DNA of 64,000 bases from contig NC_090382.1 of assembly GCF_036365525.1 (NCBI RefSeq), forward strand, positions 41,505,748 to 41,569,747, written 5' to 3'. The position numbers and the translations under genes are program-made. Origin of the DNA: Heterodontus francisci (lineage: Eukaryota). Below the pieces are notes generated by a model. It had not been told where the DNA came from and ran no database searches. It saw only the letters and a list, made by a program, of their open reading frames with translations. The first letter of the stretch is position 1. Every line of letters begins with the position of its first letter. Of the stretch, positions 49,150-62,149 are shown piece by piece.

Positions 49150-50128
49150 TGTTACGACTGATGTGGGAGTAATACACTGTCAATTCAGTCACATTACTCC
49201 ACAGGTCATAGCATATTATTAAAGTTTTCCCAGCTACTGGAAATTAGCCAAATTAAACATTTTATTAACCCCCAGAATGAAACACAACAAACCAGGTATC
49301 GTTAAACAACAACAAATTAACTATTTATGAATAAACTATATCTTAAACACTATTGAGATAAAACTTATTATTATAACTTATTATTTATCCAAACCTTCAT
49401 GCACACACACATACATTCAAAAACCAACAATTAACCAGTTTCAATAAAATTAGAACTGTTTCTTAGGAATAAATAAATAACTGGGTTGTAAGTCTTTGTG
49501 GGTTACGTTCCCAGTTCGGTGAGGTATCCCACAGCTGAACAGTCAGATGCCACTCGAAGTCTCCAGGCGAATTTGACGGACAGTCTTTAAATGGATAGGT
49601 GTTCAAAGCACATCAGTTGCAGCAAGCATCATGCAGTTCTTTCAATAAGGAGGAAAGCAACGGGTCTATTTGGATTTTTAAAACTGGCAGTCTATCAGTA
49701 GAAACTTTACTGAGAATTCTAGAACTCCCAGAAATGCAAAAAGACAACAGAAAGTCACTCCTGAGGCAAAGACTTCTTAGAGATTGGAAGTAACAAGGAA
49801 TTTACTAACTCTAACAATGCAAATGTTCTTGTCCAGGGTTTATGCTTTCCTTAGGCAATACACAGCCTGAAGATCAATGTAGATTTTTCTGCTAAGAGAG
49901 AGCGATCCTTTCCTTCAGTAAGCACGCTTCGCTGGTCTCCAGATCAAACTGGTTCTAGCCAGTCTTTACAAAGTTGACTGATACATTACAGCATGTGGCC
50001 CCCCACCCCTCTCTCCTGCTGTTGCCTTGGAAACAGTCTTCCCAGAAGAGAGAACTCTCAGTCTTAAAGGTACATTGCCCCCTTAGTTTTTAAAACAGAG
50101 GAGAAAAAAAAACTACACTTCCATGACA
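49150..50128 (-). mobile_element. Solo-LTR-like element (family 2)
   Basis: TGTTACGA...CCATGACA termini with a perfect 4-bp TSD ACTG. Strand inferred from TTTATT near 49261. Confidence 0.75.
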
Positions 50129-50669
50129 ACTGTCACAGATGCTGAGCCAGGGACCTAGGAACTCCCAGCATTGGGAGCCTCCACTCCCATTCCCACTCTC
50201 ACCCCTTTTATAAACCGCTGGCTTTGTAAATAGTGGGCAGAGGTTCCCTCTTTATGAATCCCACAGAATCCCCAAAGTTAGGCCTATCATGGTATATCCA
50301 GACAATTCAAACCAGGGTCACAGCAGCGGGTGAGCAATTATGTGACTACAGTGATAAGATTGGATCAGGAATTAGTTATGGTAAAGTTTCTCTTTGATGG
50401 CTTTCACCATATTTAAAATGCTAATGAAGGACTGTAAAATGTCAGACACTCACCAAGCATTCCAAGTTCACTGCTTTTACATTGCAAGAGGATGCCAATT
50501 AAAAAAGGGATAACGATTAATCCAAAAAACTTAATCTGAAAGATAATACAAGGTCCTGCACTATTTTTGATAATTTGGAGTACTGTCTTCAAGGGAATTA
50601 AATGTAGTTCCGTATTCAGCAGTTCTTGCAAAATGGCTGAACCATATTTGATTGTGTAAAATCACAATC

Positions 50670-51030
50670 GGCGGCACAGTGGCGCAGTGGTTAGCACCGC
50701 AGCCTCACAGCTCCAGCGACCCGGGTTCAATTCTGGGTACTGCCTGTGTGGAGTTTGCAAGTTCTCCCTGTGTCTGCGTGGGTTTTCTCCGGGTGCTCCG
50801 GTTTCCTCCCACAAGCCAAAAGACTTGCAGGTTGGTAGGTTAATTGGCCATTATAAATTGCCACTAGTATAGGTAGGTGGTAGGGAAATATAGGGACAGG
50901 TGGGGATGTGGTAGGAATATGGGATTAGTGTAGGATTAGTATAAATGGGTGGTTGATGGTCGGCACAGACTCGGTGGGCCGAAGGGCCTGTTTCAGTGCT
51001 GTATCTCTAAAACTAAAAAACTAAAACTAT
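50670..51030 (+). mobile_element. HE1-type V-SINE (tRNA head, V domain, CR1-derived tail)
   Basis: A box TGGCGCAGTGG, B box GGTTCAATTC, V core GTGGAGTTTGCAAGTTCTCCCTGTGTCTGCGTGGGTTTTCTCCGGGTGCTCCGGTTTCCTCCCAC, tail GGGCCGAAGGGCCTGTTTCAGTGCTGT. Confidence 0.92.
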
Positions 51031-53099
51031 GTGAATGTGTGGCCCTCACCTATTCCATCAGTAGTACCTTAATCTTAGAGAACCATCTGACAACTATAAT
51101 CTGTTTAGCAAGGATAAGAGAAGACTCATCTATTTCATAGCAATGAACCGATCCAGTTCAGGAAACTGCAAGGAAAGCTGGACGACGTTTTGCTGGACAT
51201 AAAAGGATAGATTAACCCCTAGTGGGCTGACTGTAAATCTTCAAATCTAGCTTTTTGTGTCTGCCGATTTCCTTTTTACTTTAAATTATCTCATTGTAAG
51301 TAGATTTGATCAGTAGTTTTAAGCTGTGTGAAATGAGTCTATCATTTGATATTCACTGTCTTCCAGATTGATACAAGGCCTGAGGAATTTTATATAAATT
51401 CCAATGAGTGGTATCATTGCTAAATATGGTAATTTTCCCCTGGGCTGACAGTTTAAGATTTATAATGTCTAATTGGGTTTGGGTAGCTGGTGCAACCATT
51501 ATAACATGAAAGGCCAAATCATAAGTCAGGCTGCTGCTTTCCCACATAATCTATTTAGATTTGCATTTGAAGTATTCCAATTAATACATTTCCCAAGGTA
51601 TTACCTGTGTACTACATCATCTTAATCTTGCTTGGAAAAAAGTAAAGCAACAAATTAAGTCATGTGACCTTTGTAAAATGTTGGTCTGAAATCCCTGAAC
51701 AATACAGGAATCATAGACATAAATCAAGGTAATGGGGTCAGTGGCTAAAGTAAGCTGGAATAATCAAGGTGGAAAATATTAAATCAATAGGAGAGGCTGC
51801 GATATGACTGTCTGAGAGGGAGGGTGCAATTTATGATTTTTCTAAAAGATTTCATACCACCTTAATGTAAATGATTATGGTAAACACGTTTAAAAAAATT
51901 CTTAAACAGGACCAGGCTGAATATATTATGTTATTAGCATGTTATATTATGCATCTGTACAGGGTTCAACAAATTCTTTAGGAGAAGCATTAATACTCAT
52001 TATTTAAAGCTGAATGTAAATGGATTGTGTGGGTGCTTAGCAAACTACTGCTCCAAAAACACAAAAACTTTTGGTAAATACATTCAGTGAATAGACTTTA
52101 CAAAAAAGCAGCTTTTTAAACTCAACAAGCATTGCATTATTAATGTCTTCTAACAATGGCAGAGCGTATCTTATTCTCTTCGCTTTATTTGCTGGTGGAT
52201 GGATTGTCTAATTTTTCAAGTGCATTTGTCAGAATAGTTTGCAACCACTGACATTTCTACATTTAGTTTCATTGTTAGTAATTCTGTTGATCACTTCTGC
52301 TCTTGAAAAGGATCAATGCAGTAGGCAGCAAGCTACCCAAATCAGTTATAGCATGGGTTAGACCATGAAATTGGGCTCCATAGCTCAGCTGGTGCTGGCA
52401 CTACAGAAGCCCTGAACTCAAAATTGGCGTGGGCGATTCTTCTGGCCACTTCCAGTGTGGCACCCCATGCTGGGAGGGGCGTTCGCATGGGAATGCAGTG
52501 CAAGCGCCAAAAGCTCTCAATGTCAGCAAATTGTGATGTCAAACAGCTGTTCTGACTGATTTGATGCAAATCTTTGAAACCTGGACCGTGCAGGTTCATT
52601 AAATACCTGTGCAAATCACATTGAGCTAAACTTTAGCTGCACGAGGAAGCTCCCCCACCCCCATCACTAGCACTATTTAAAGGGACAGGCATTCAATTTG
52701 CAGGTGAAGTGATTTACACTAACTCCAGCTATTATAAAGTTTGTGGAAGTACCGTGCAGTGTTTTTGGAGGTGTTGTGGTAAATTGTTGGATCTGGCAGG
52801 GAGTATTGCTGCATCCTCACGGGTAGGATAGAGGATTTGGTGACCGATCCACACAAAGGCTACAACAGGTATGGGGGCTGCAGTTACAGTTCCTTTGGAC
52901 GAATGGAGAAGAGACTGCAGAGAAGGGAAGCTCTACACAGAGGGAGCAAGAGCGGGCTCTGCACAGAAGGCCCTACCCACCATGGGTTTTCAGGCAGCAG
53001 TTCTCCTACCTCCACTTCAGCCAGGACAAATGCCTGAGGTACCTGAGATTCACCAGGGAGGTGGTCACAGAACCTGGTACAGTCTCTTCCCACCTACAT

Positions 53100-54957
53100 C
53101 TGCGACTCTTCTGACGCCCTACGTCATTTTGACAATTTCCAGTTTCCAGGCACCAACTGCCTCCTCTTCACTATGGACGTCCAACCTCTCTACACCTCCA
53201 TCCCCCACCAGGACGGTTTGAGGGCTCTCCGCTTCTTCCTTGAACAGAGGCCCAACCAGTCCCCATCCACCACCACCCTCCTCCGCCTGGTTGAACTTGT
53301 TCTCGCATTGAACAACTTCTCCTTCAACTCCACTCACTTCCTTCGAGTAAAAGGTGTTGCTATGGGTACCCGCATCTTTTTGTGGGATATGTCGAACATT
53401 CCTTGTTCCAGTGTTACTTAGGCCCCATTCCCCAACTATTTTTCCGGTACATTGGTATTGGTATTGGTGCCGTTTCCTGTTCCCGCCCCGAACTGGAAAA
53501 CCTTATCTACTTTGCTTCTAATTTCCACCTTTCTCTCACCTCTACATGGTCCATTGCCGACACTTCCCTTCCTTTTCTCAACTTCTCTGCCTCCATCTCT
53601 GGGGATAGGATGTCTACTAATATTCATTATAAGCCCACCGACTCCCACAGCTACCTCTACTACACTTCTTCACACCCTGCCTCCTGTAAGGACTCCATTC
53701 CATTCTCCCAGTTTCTCCGTCTCCAATGCACCTGCTCTGATGATGCAACCTTCTACAACAGCGCTTCTGATATGTCTTCTTTTTTCCTCAACCAAGGATT
53801 CCCCCCACTGTTGTTGACAGGGCCCTCGACCGTGTTCGGCCCATTTCCCGTACCTCTACCCTCACCCCTTCCCTTCCCTCCCAGAACTGCAACAGGGTTC
53901 CCCTTGTCCTCACTTTCCACCCCACCAGCCTCCACATCCAAAGGATCATCCTCTGCCATTCCCACCATGTCCAGCGTGATGCCACTACCAAACACATCTT
54001 CCCCTCCCCTCCCCTATCAGCATTCCGAAGGGATCATTCCTTCCGCGACACCCTGGTCCACTCCTCCAATACCCCCTACACCTCGTTCCGTTCCCAGGGC
54101 ACCTTCCCACGCAATCGCAGGAGGTGTAATACCTGCCCATTTACCCCCTCTCTCCTCACTATCCAAGGCCCCAAACACTTCTTTCAGGTGAAACAGCGAT
54201 TTACTTGTATTTCTTTCAATGTAGTATACTGTATTCGCTGCTCACAATGTGGTCTCCTCTACACTGGGGAGACCAAACGCAGATTAGGTGACCGCTTTGC
54301 GGAACACCTCTGCTCAGTCCGAAAGCATGACCCCGAGCTGCCGGTTGCTTGCCATTTCAACACACCCCCCTGCTCTCATGCCCACATATCTGTCCTGGGC
54401 TTGCTGCAGTGTTCCAGTGAACATCAACACAAGCTCGAGGAACAGCATCTCATTTACCAATTAGGCACGTTACAGCCTGCCGGACTGAACATTGAGTTCA
54501 ATAATTTCAGAGCATGATGGGTCCCCATTTTTATTTTTAGTTATTTTTGTTTTTTATTTGTTTATTTTATTTTAGTTTGTTTCATCATTCATTGTTTTTA
54601 CCATGCGCCTACCCACTGTTTTTTTCATGTTTGTGCATTGGGCCAGGGCTGTTCATTTTTCTGTCAATTAACATCTTCTCTGCACTAAAGGCTTTGTCTT
54701 TCATCACACCATTACCATGCCATTTGCCTTTGCTCCATGCCTTTCTGGTCAGTTATTCTTTGGGGCCCTCAGTTCCATCAACACCTTCCCTTTTGTTATC
54801 TCTTGCCCCATCCCCGCTTTATTTGCTTAAAACCTGTTACATTTCTAACATTTGCCAGTTCTGATGAAGGATTACTGACCTGAAACGTTAACTCTGCTTC
54901 TCTCTCCATGGATGCTGCCAGACCTGCTGAGTATTTCCAGCATTTCTTGTTTTTATG
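53100..54957 (+). mobile_element. Penelope-like retroelement (RT + GIY-YIG), 5'-truncated, frameshifted
   Basis: LFTMDVQPLYTSIPH..LVELVLALNNFSFN..KGVAMGTR..FFRYI; HYKPTDSHSYL..SSHP..SIPFSQFLRL; VVYCIRCSQCGLLYTGETKRRLGDRFAEH..GLN. Confidence 0.95.
54857..54893 (+). ncRNA. Minimal type I hammerhead ribozyme motif, intact core
   Basis: AGTT-CTGATGA-AGG(ATTACTGA)CCT-GAAA-CGTT-AACT: stem I AGTT/AACT, stem II AGG/CCT, palindromic stem III AACGTT, predicted cleavage after GUU. Confidence 0.85.
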
Positions 54958-55944
54958 TCACAGAACGATGCCTTGCCTGACAGTTCTTTTCTGCTCCCTG
55001 TGATTGTATGCGAGCTTGTCCTGCAGAGGAAGGGAAGAATGGCAGTGGTAGTGTAGCTCTGCATTTGGGTGATGTGCCTGCCATAGCTGAATAGCTGGAG
55101 GTACATGGAGGCAGTGAGAGATGAAATGTGAATCTGGCATCATTGGAATGTGTGTGAAGGTAAAGTGCAAAATCTGAATGTTAAGTCTGAGTCCTGGTTG
55201 CCAGGGAGTGCTGCTGAGTGAGTGATGGAGATGTGGTTGATTCAGCAGCATGAGAGGTTGGTGGTGCAGTGGGTGTGAATACTTTGAAGATGGATTCACT
55301 GCTGTCAAGCACTTGTGTGTAATTATTGAACTTCTTGTGGTACTGCTGTCAGGTTCTTGAGGCCAGACCTCCGGGAGTTGACTTCCTTGGACATCTGCTC
55401 CCACTCCCTTTGATGGGTGTTCCTTGAGGACTTCCTGCACAGCAACCACCCCCCCCCACCCCACCACCAGCCCGCCATGGAAACATGACCTCTCTCCATC
55501 TGTCCACTTTCAACACTAAGGTGTGCAATGCCGCAGCCCATGAATGTTGGAGCCCTCTCCCTCCCCTGTTGTTCCATTTATTCATCTTCTCACTGCAGCC
55601 AATTGCAGTACTGACAGTGAGCAGCAGCTTCCTTCTACTGTGTGCAGCTCTCCTTTAAGAGGGGCAGGCTACCTTTACAAGGTGCTTGCTAGCTGGAACA
55701 TGTGCTAGCTACATAGGCTGCTAGATCCCCTGTTGAACATTCAGTCTGCCAGCAACATTGGGAATGCTGGGCTGAACACTACAATCAAGCAAATGAAGGG
55801 GCAGCACAAAATTTACACGCTGCCAACCTCAACAGGACCAGGCCGGTAGATTGCGAATCGTGATCCCTACGCCCAAAAACAAGAAGAAGCAAACCTTCAG
55901 CCATAAAGTTTTCTATGCCTGCCCAATATTGCACTTTGACTTCC

Positions 55945-56190
55945 AATTCATTCTCAGGATGTGGGGATCACTAGCAAGGGAAACATTTATTGCCCATATC
56001 TAGTTGCCCTTGAAAAGGTGGAACTGAACTGCCTCTTGAGCACTGCAGTCCATGTGGTGAATGTGCTCCCACATTATTGTTAGGTAGGTAGTTTCAGGAT
56101 GGTGACCCAGCGATGCTGAAGGAACAGTGATATATGGCCAGGTTGGGATGGTGTATGATGTAGAGGTAATGGTGCTCTCATATACTAGGG
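55945..56190 (-). mobile_element. CR1-group family 2 3' tail, decayed
   Basis: CATTTATTGCCCAT..TTGCCCTTGAAAAGGTGG matches 31090-31270. Confidence 0.7.
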
Positions 56191-56217
56191 AAGTCTACCA
56201 CTTCCAACTGTAAAAGA

Positions 56218-56998
56218 CAACAACAATAACTTGCATTTGTATAGCAGCTTTAATATAGTAAAACATTCCAAGGCACTTCACACAAGCATTATTGAACAAA
56301 GTTTGACACCAAATCACAAAAGGAGATATTAGCACAGGTGACCAAAAGCTTGTCAAAGAGGTAGGTTTTAAGGAGCGTCTTAAAGGAGGAGAGAGAGGTA
56401 GAGAGGTGGAGAGGTTTATGGAGGGAATTCCTGAGATTATTGCCTAGGCAGCTCAAAACATGACAACCAAAGATGGAATGATTAAAATTGGGGCTGTGTA
56501 AGAGGTCAGAATTGGAGGAGAATAGAGATCTCAGAGGGTTATAGGAGGGTTAAAGAGATAAGGAGGGACAAGGCACAAGAATTAGAATTTAAAAACTGAG
56601 GCATTGCTAGACAAGGAGCCAATGTAGGCCAGTGAGCTCAGAGGTGATAGGTGAATGGGATTTGGTGTGAATTAGACGACAACTGGATAGACACGAATGG
56701 AAACAGGCAAATGCAGTCCCACCCAGCTGGATGATGGAGGAGAGAGATGGTGTGGTCAACCATGTTTGAAGGCTGCAGGTAGGTTGAGAAGGACGAGGAG
56801 GAATAGTTTATTATGGTCACAGTCACACAGGATGTCATTTGTGACTTTAATGAGAGCCATTTCAGAATTGTGGGGGGTGGGGGGGAACAGAAAGGATGGA
56901 TTCAAACATGGCATTGCAGGAAAGAGAGGCACAACTTTTGGAGGTGACAACATGTTCAAGCACTTTAGAGAGGAAAGCGAGGTTGGAGATGGGGTAAA
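56218..56998 (-). mobile_element. L2-clade LINE, internally deleted
   Basis: PISNLAFLSKVLEHVV; HNSEMALIKVTNDILCDCD..LLVLLNLPAAF (L2 RT signature); 3' tail ..ATACAAATGCAAGTT. Confidence 0.88.
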
Positions 56999-56999
56999 A

Positions 57000-57135
57000 T
57001 GAAAGCAAAATACTGCAGATGCTGGAAATCTGAAATAAAAACAAGAAATGCTGGAAATACTCAGAAGATCTGGCAGCATCTGTGGAGACAGAAGCAAAGT
57101 TAACATTTCAGGTCAGTGACCCTTCATCACTGAAG
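57000..57135 (-). mobile_element. Penelope terminal fragment with damaged hammerhead motif
   Basis: Minus strand GTGATGA-AGGGTCACTGACCT-GAAA-TGTT-AACT, followed by the same terminal sequence as 54890-54957. Confidence 0.8.
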
Positions 57136-57580
57136 ATAGAAAAGAAAAAATGAATAATACAGCAAAAGAAAATTGCCCAAAAAGAAAATGAAAAAAGAAC
57201 ATTGAAAGAAAATTTTGAAAAGAAGAATAGAAAAGGGAAGAATAAATTAAAATGAAACAATATCAGAGGTATATTAAATAAGGAAAAGCAAGCAAATAAA
57301 GTGGGGGGAAGAAATAAAACAATGGTAAGATTAGCATAGGGCAAGCCTGCACTCGTTCCCAGGGGGAGTGCAGGGGAACTATTCAGGGGCTTTTGCTTTT
57401 CCTTTTCTTCTGATGCAAAACTAGCAGAAAGCATATAACATAAAAAGAGATTGCAAAAAAAACTAAAGCATAATTTGAACAAAGAAAATTATTTTCTTTT
57501 AAAAAGAAAAGAAGGAACAGGAAATAATGTATCAATAGAATAAAAAGAAAGCTTAAAGTAAACAGTGGCAGGTTCATCAA
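57135..57580. repeat. A/G-rich low-complexity tract
   Basis: Runs of A with interspersed G; gives spurious Phe/Leu-rich ORFs on the minus strand. Confidence 0.7.
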
Positions 57581-57860
57581 AAAGTAAACATCAAGAGGCT
57601 AACTATAGGAGCTCTTCCCCAACCCATTCACCTCAACCCAATCTTACCCAACGGTGAAAGAATACAAACTAGGTTGATCTCCACTGTATGCTTGTAAGCT
57701 AGTTCCAGCTGATTTTCTTTTGGAATTCCAAACATTTTGTATTTGAAGATTTGACAATAAATAAAAATAGCATGTGATTCTCATTGTGCTGCCAAAATCA
57801 AGCAGCAGTTTAATTGAAATTATAGCCTATTAGTGTTGGATGGAATCCAGTAATGTTTTT

Positions 57861-57967
57861 AACTGAATGTGATTAATATTGAACACCAAACAATGACAGC
57901 AGCAATGGTCAATTACTGATTGATGCCACTGTTGCAGTTTTATGTTCAATATTAATCATGTGGAGTT
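57861..57967. other. Long imperfect hairpin (palindrome)
   Basis: TGATTAATATTGAACA (57870-57885) is the exact reverse complement of 57943-57958. Inner GCAGCAATGG-TCAAT pairs with ATTGA-TG-CCACTGTTGC. Confidence 0.85.
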
Positions 57968-58369
57968 GCAGGCTATTTTGTCCGCTGCTGCTGGTCCACA
58001 TACACATGGTCCATTTGTATATCCAGTTATATTGTCTGTTGGATAAAAACTCCATTTGATTCTAATTACTTTTCTACTTTAGCATAGAAGCAGGTTGTTG
58101 TAAACTTGTACGTATTGCATTCCTTGAACATTCACAGTAGAATACGGATGTTTACCATTAAATATGACTTATTGAACAGTTTATGATAATTGCAATATGA
58201 TTCCACTTGGTAAATTAGAGGTGATTGTTTTTCTTTATTATACATTAATAACCATATAACCTCCATACAACCAGATGGCAGGTGGCCATATAACTTGCAA
58301 AGGTTTATTGATAATGTGCAGTAAATGTGTTATCTTAATATCAGCAGCTCATCCACCAGATTAAGCATA

Positions 58370-58765
58370 CACTCCCTCCCCCACCAGTGCACCTAGGCTG
58401 TAATGTGTACTATCTAGAGAATGCACTGCAGCAATTCGCCAAGGCTTCTTTGACAGCACCTCCCAAACCCACAACCTCCATCACCTGAAAGTACAAAAGC
58501 AGCAAGTGCATGGGAACACCATCAACTCCAGATTACCCTCCAAGTCAGACACCATCCTGACTTGGACATATACTGCCGTTCCTTTATCATCAAGGGGTCA
58601 AATTCCTGGAAGTTCCTACCTAACAGCACTGTAGGAGTACCTTCACAAGAAGGTGCAGCAGTTCAACATGAGCCTCATTGCCACCTTCACAGGGGCTACT
58701 CGGGATGGGCAATCAATACAAGCTTTGCCAGCGACGTCCACATCCCAAGAATGAAACTTAAAAAT
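58370..58765 (+). mobile_element. CR1-group family 2 3' fragment, old
   Basis: AGAATGCACTGCAGCAA..GACAGCACCTCCCAAACCC..GGGATGGGCAAT tail. Confidence 0.8.
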
Positions 58766-59011
58766 GTTCTCTTTCTTGTGGAATCAGATAAGCTTCTACT
58801 TCGTGGTACAGTGTTCAAGATTTTATTTTTTAAAAAGGATCAAACTGAAACTATAATTTTTAGCTATTTTCAAAATAAAAAATGTAATCAGTCATATTTG
58901 AATAAGTATTCCAATTAAAAAAAGGAATAACGTTTGCCCATTAATCTTAACATAAGCTCAGCATCAAAGCCAATAATCAGTCAATCTGTATTTGACATTA
59001 ACCTTTATAAT

Positions 59012-60650
59012 ATAAAAGCAAAATACTACAAATGTTGAAAAACTGAGATAAAAACAGACAATACTGGAAATGTTCAGCGGGTCAGGCAGTATCCGTGAAG
59101 AGGGAAACAGAGTTAATGTTTCAAGTCAGTAATCTTTCATCAGAACTGGAAGAATTTAGAGGTGTAACAGATTTTAAGCAAGTATAAAAGGTAGTGAAAG
59201 GTGGGCAGGGGAGGATAGAACAAACGGGAAGCTGTGATAGGATGGAAAGCACGAGTGATTAAATGATAAAAGGGATGATGGTGCAAGGTAAACAGGGATG
59301 ATAATGGGACAAATAAACAAACAAAAGATTGTTCTAGAGGATCTGTAAATGCGGCCCTTAAAAATGGGAGAAGTGGTTATGATTTGAAATTGTAAAACTC
59401 AGTGTTGAGTCCAGAAGGCTGTAAAATGCCTAATTGAAAGATTATGTTCAGTCCTTGAGATTATGTTTAGCTTCATTGGAACAATCTAGGAGGTCAAGGA
59501 GAGGGAGGTCAGGGTGGGAGAGGGGCAGAGAATTAAAATGACACGTGACCAGAAGCTCAGGGTCATGCCTGCAGTACAAAGGTGTTGCGTAAACCGATCA
59601 CCAAATCTGCATTTGGTCTCCCCTCTGTAGAGGAGACTGCATTGTAAGCAGCGAATTCAGTATACTAAATAGAAAGAAGTACAAGTAAATTGCTATTTCA
59701 CCTGAAAGTAATGTTTGGGACCCTGGACAGTGAAGAGGGTGAAGGTAAAAGGGCAGGTGATGCATCTCCTACATTTGCATGGAAAAGTGTCAAAGGAAGG
59801 GGAGGAGTGATCAAAGAGTGGACCAGGATGAAATGGAAGAAATGGTCCTTTCAGAATGCTGATAGGGGAGGGAAGGATGTGTTTGGTGGTGGTATCCTGC
59901 TGAAGGTGGCAGAAGTGGCAGAGGATGATCTGTTAAATGTGGAGACTGGTGGGGTGAATGGAGAGGTCAAGGGGAGCCCTATCATGGTTCAGGGAGGGAG
60001 GGGAAAGGATGAGAATAGAATTGCAGGAAATGGGACAAGACAATCAAAGGACCTGTCAACCATGCTTGTGGTCGGGGGGGGAACCCTCGGTTGAGGAGAA
60101 AGGAAAACATATTGGAAACACTGGTACGGAAGGTGGCATCATCAGAACAGATGCGACAGAGACAGAGAAGCTGGCGGAATGGAAGAGAGTCTTTAAAGGA
60201 AGCGGGGTGTGCAGAAATGTTGTCAAGCCCACTGTGGAAGGCAGTGGGCTTACAGAAGATATTGGTCAATAGCTTAGTCTATCGCCAGATATGGAGAAAG
60301 AGAATTTAAGGAAGAGAAGGGAAGAGTCGGAAATGGACCATGTGAAGGCGAGGGGGGAGAGGTGAAAATTGGAAGCAAAGTGTATGACATTTTCCAGTTT
60401 GGGTCAAGAATAGGAGTTGTGTGCATACAATCATCAATGTACTGGAAAAGAGATGAGTGATGGACCTGAGTAGGACTGGAATATAGAATGCTCCACGTGT
60501 CCTTTGAAAAGGCAAGCAGAGCTAAAATCTATATGGGTTCCCAGAGCAACACCTTTTATTTGGAGGAAGTGAGTGGAATCAAAGGAGAAGTTGTTTAATG
60601 TAAGAACAAGTTCAGTCAGGCGCAGGATGGTGATGATGAATGGGGTCTAG
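59012..60650 (-). mobile_element. Penelope-like retroelement, decayed, with hammerhead motif at 59111-59147
   Basis: TNIFCKPT..SAHPASFKDSLPFRQLLCLCRICSDDATF; GIY-YIG remnant at 59400-59700; minus strand AGTT-CTGATGA-AAG(ATTACTGA)CTT-GAAA-CATT-AACT. Confidence 0.9.
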
Positions 60651-60662
60651 ATTTGATTACCT

Positions 60663-61680
60663 TTTTTCATTTGTTTCATGGGATGTGGGCATCACTGGCA
60701 AGGCCAGCATTTGAACCCATCCCTAATTGCCCTTGAGAAGGTGTTGGGCAGCTACCTTCTTGAATTGCTGCAGTCCATCTGGTGCGGGTACACTGACAGT
60801 GGTGTTAGGGGGGGAGTTCCAGGTTTTTGATCCAGTGACAGTGAAGGAATGGCGATATAGTTCCAAGTCAGGATGGTGTGTGGCTTGGAGGGGAATTTGC
60901 AGATGGTGGTGTCCCCATGCATCTGCTGCCCTTGTCCTTCTAGGTAGAAGAAATTGCAGGTTTGAAGGTGCTGTCAAAGGAGCCTTGGTGAGTTGCTGCA
61001 GTGCATCTTGTATATAGTACATACTGCTGCCACTGTACATCGATGGTGGAGGGAGTGACTGTTTAAGTTGGTGGATGGGGAGCAAATCAAGCGAGCTGCT
61101 TTGTCCTGGATGGTGTCGAGCCTCTTGAATGTTGTTGGAGATACACTCATTCAGGCAAGTGGAGAAAATTCCATCACACTCCTGACTGGAGCCTTGTAGA
61201 TAGTGGACATGCTTTGGGGAGTCAGGATGTGGGTTACTCACTGCAGAATTCCCAGCCTCTGACCTGCTCTTGTAGCCACAGTATTTATGTGGCTGGTCCA
61301 GTTCAGTTTCTGGTCAATGGTAACCCCCAGGATGTTGATAGGGCTAATGTTGTTGAATGCCAAGGGGAGTTGGTTAGATTCTCTCTTGTTTGAAATGGTC
61401 ATTGCCTGGCACTTGTGTGGCGCAAATATTACTTGCCACTTATGAGCCCAAGTCTCAATGTTGTCCAGGTCTTGCTGTGTGGACATGGAATGCTTGAGTA
61501 TCTGAGGAGTTGCAAATGGTACTGAACATCATACAATCATCAGCAAACATCTCCACTTCTGACCTTATGATGGAGAGAAGATCATTGATGAAACAGCTGA
61601 AGATGGTTGAGCCTAGGACACTGTTCTGAGGAACTCCTGCAACAATGTCCTGGGGCTGACATGATTGACCTCCAACAACT
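60663..61680 (-). mobile_element. CR1-group family 2 LINE, 3' 1 kb
   Basis: QQDLDNIETWAHKWQVIFAPHKCQAMTISNK..ILGVTIDQKLNWTSHI; same tail as 31046-31120. Confidence 0.9.
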
Positions 61681-62149
61681 CTGTTAATGTTGCCTGATGC
61701 GCAATCTCCTTTAGATCTTCAGAAGGTTCTGTTCTAACTGCTCATTGTTGTTCTTCTCAGATGCAATGTCAAACAATTTCAATTATTTTACAAATCAGTT
61801 TCAATGTTAGGACTTATCTACTGATTTCATCCTGTCATAATGACATTGAATATCTCTTTGCTGATGTTTAAGGAAAAAATCTGCATCAACTCTTTAAAAA
61901 AATTGCTCAACTGTGCCCTTGGACACCAAAAAAAATTTCCTGTGGCATTACATTAATATAATGAAACCTTGATTCTCCAGTGATCTTACTCAATTTTTTT
62001 GCATATTGTGATTAAACTCTTTATGTATTTAAACATTTCAACTGATTAGTTGAAAACTGATTGCCTGCAGCCAATCTCATTAGTATTTTTATTAGAAAAA
62101 ATATTGAATGAACCCGAGAATTCAATGCACTGATAAAATGTTCTAATGT

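Larger units (their letters stand above)
52360..55902. mobile_element. Internally deleted Harbinger element flanking the Penelope insertion
   Basis: Minus-strand Myb/SANT remnant at 54960-55577 (EQQGRERAPTF..REWEQMSKEVNSR). Possible transposase 5' remnant at 52871-53100 (+). Termini poorly defined. Confidence 0.55.

Noticed and set aside
50670-50745. tRNA gene
   Set aside because: The A and B boxes belong to a SINE head that runs directly into the V domain; no complete cloverleaf.
57108-57580. Hydrophobic, membrane-protein-like ORFs
   Set aside because: These are translations of a T-rich low-complexity strand.
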